63,780 nt of DNA, from positions 93,476,676 through 93,540,455 of the forward strand of contig NC_068981.1 of the NCBI RefSeq assembly GCF_001194135.2, in the 5' to 3' direction. Made by a program: the position numbers and the translations under genes. This DNA is from Octopus bimaculoides. Taxonomy: Eukaryota. Positions 63,738 to 63,780 of the stretch are shown in pieces; position 1 is the stretch's first letter, and the number at the start of each line of letters is the position of its first letter. Under the pieces are notes generated by a model. That model made no database searches, was not told the origin of the DNA, and saw nothing but the letters and a program-made list of their open reading frames with translations.

Positions 63738-63780
<43 letters not shown>

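Overview
AT-rich, microsatellite-saturated, gapped eukaryotic draft sequence. The SINE families and repeat style suggest an octopus/cephalopod genome (inference). I could not support any intact host protein-coding exon. Nearly all long ORFs in the supplied track are artefacts of N-runs and (CA/TA/TACA/ATT/CTT)n repeats, and every protein-like stretch I could identify is a transposon relic: a near-complete Tc1, several mariners, a piggyBac fragment, a FLYWCH/MULE fragment, Penelope GIY-YIG ends, several R4/Dong LINE pieces, RTE pieces and three SINE families. The signal not shown by the ORF track is RNA-level: several minimal type I hammerhead ribozyme motifs (CUGANGA...GAAA-palindrome-UH). The best example is a ~357-nt tandem, hairpin-rich unit at 6.4-7.15 kb with one near-canonical hammerhead per unit, i.e. 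a candidate non-LTR retrozyme / circRNA-producing element or Penelope pLTR tandem. Several of these hammerheads share an unusual extra nucleotide on each side of stem II. Other notable items: a 2A-like NPGP peptide in a possible Helitron/Helentron remnant, a foldback mariner made of two 5' ends, a Dong 3' end inserted in a TAA microsatellite, and a templated insertion inside a SINE. All structure and family calls were made by eye; no searches were run.
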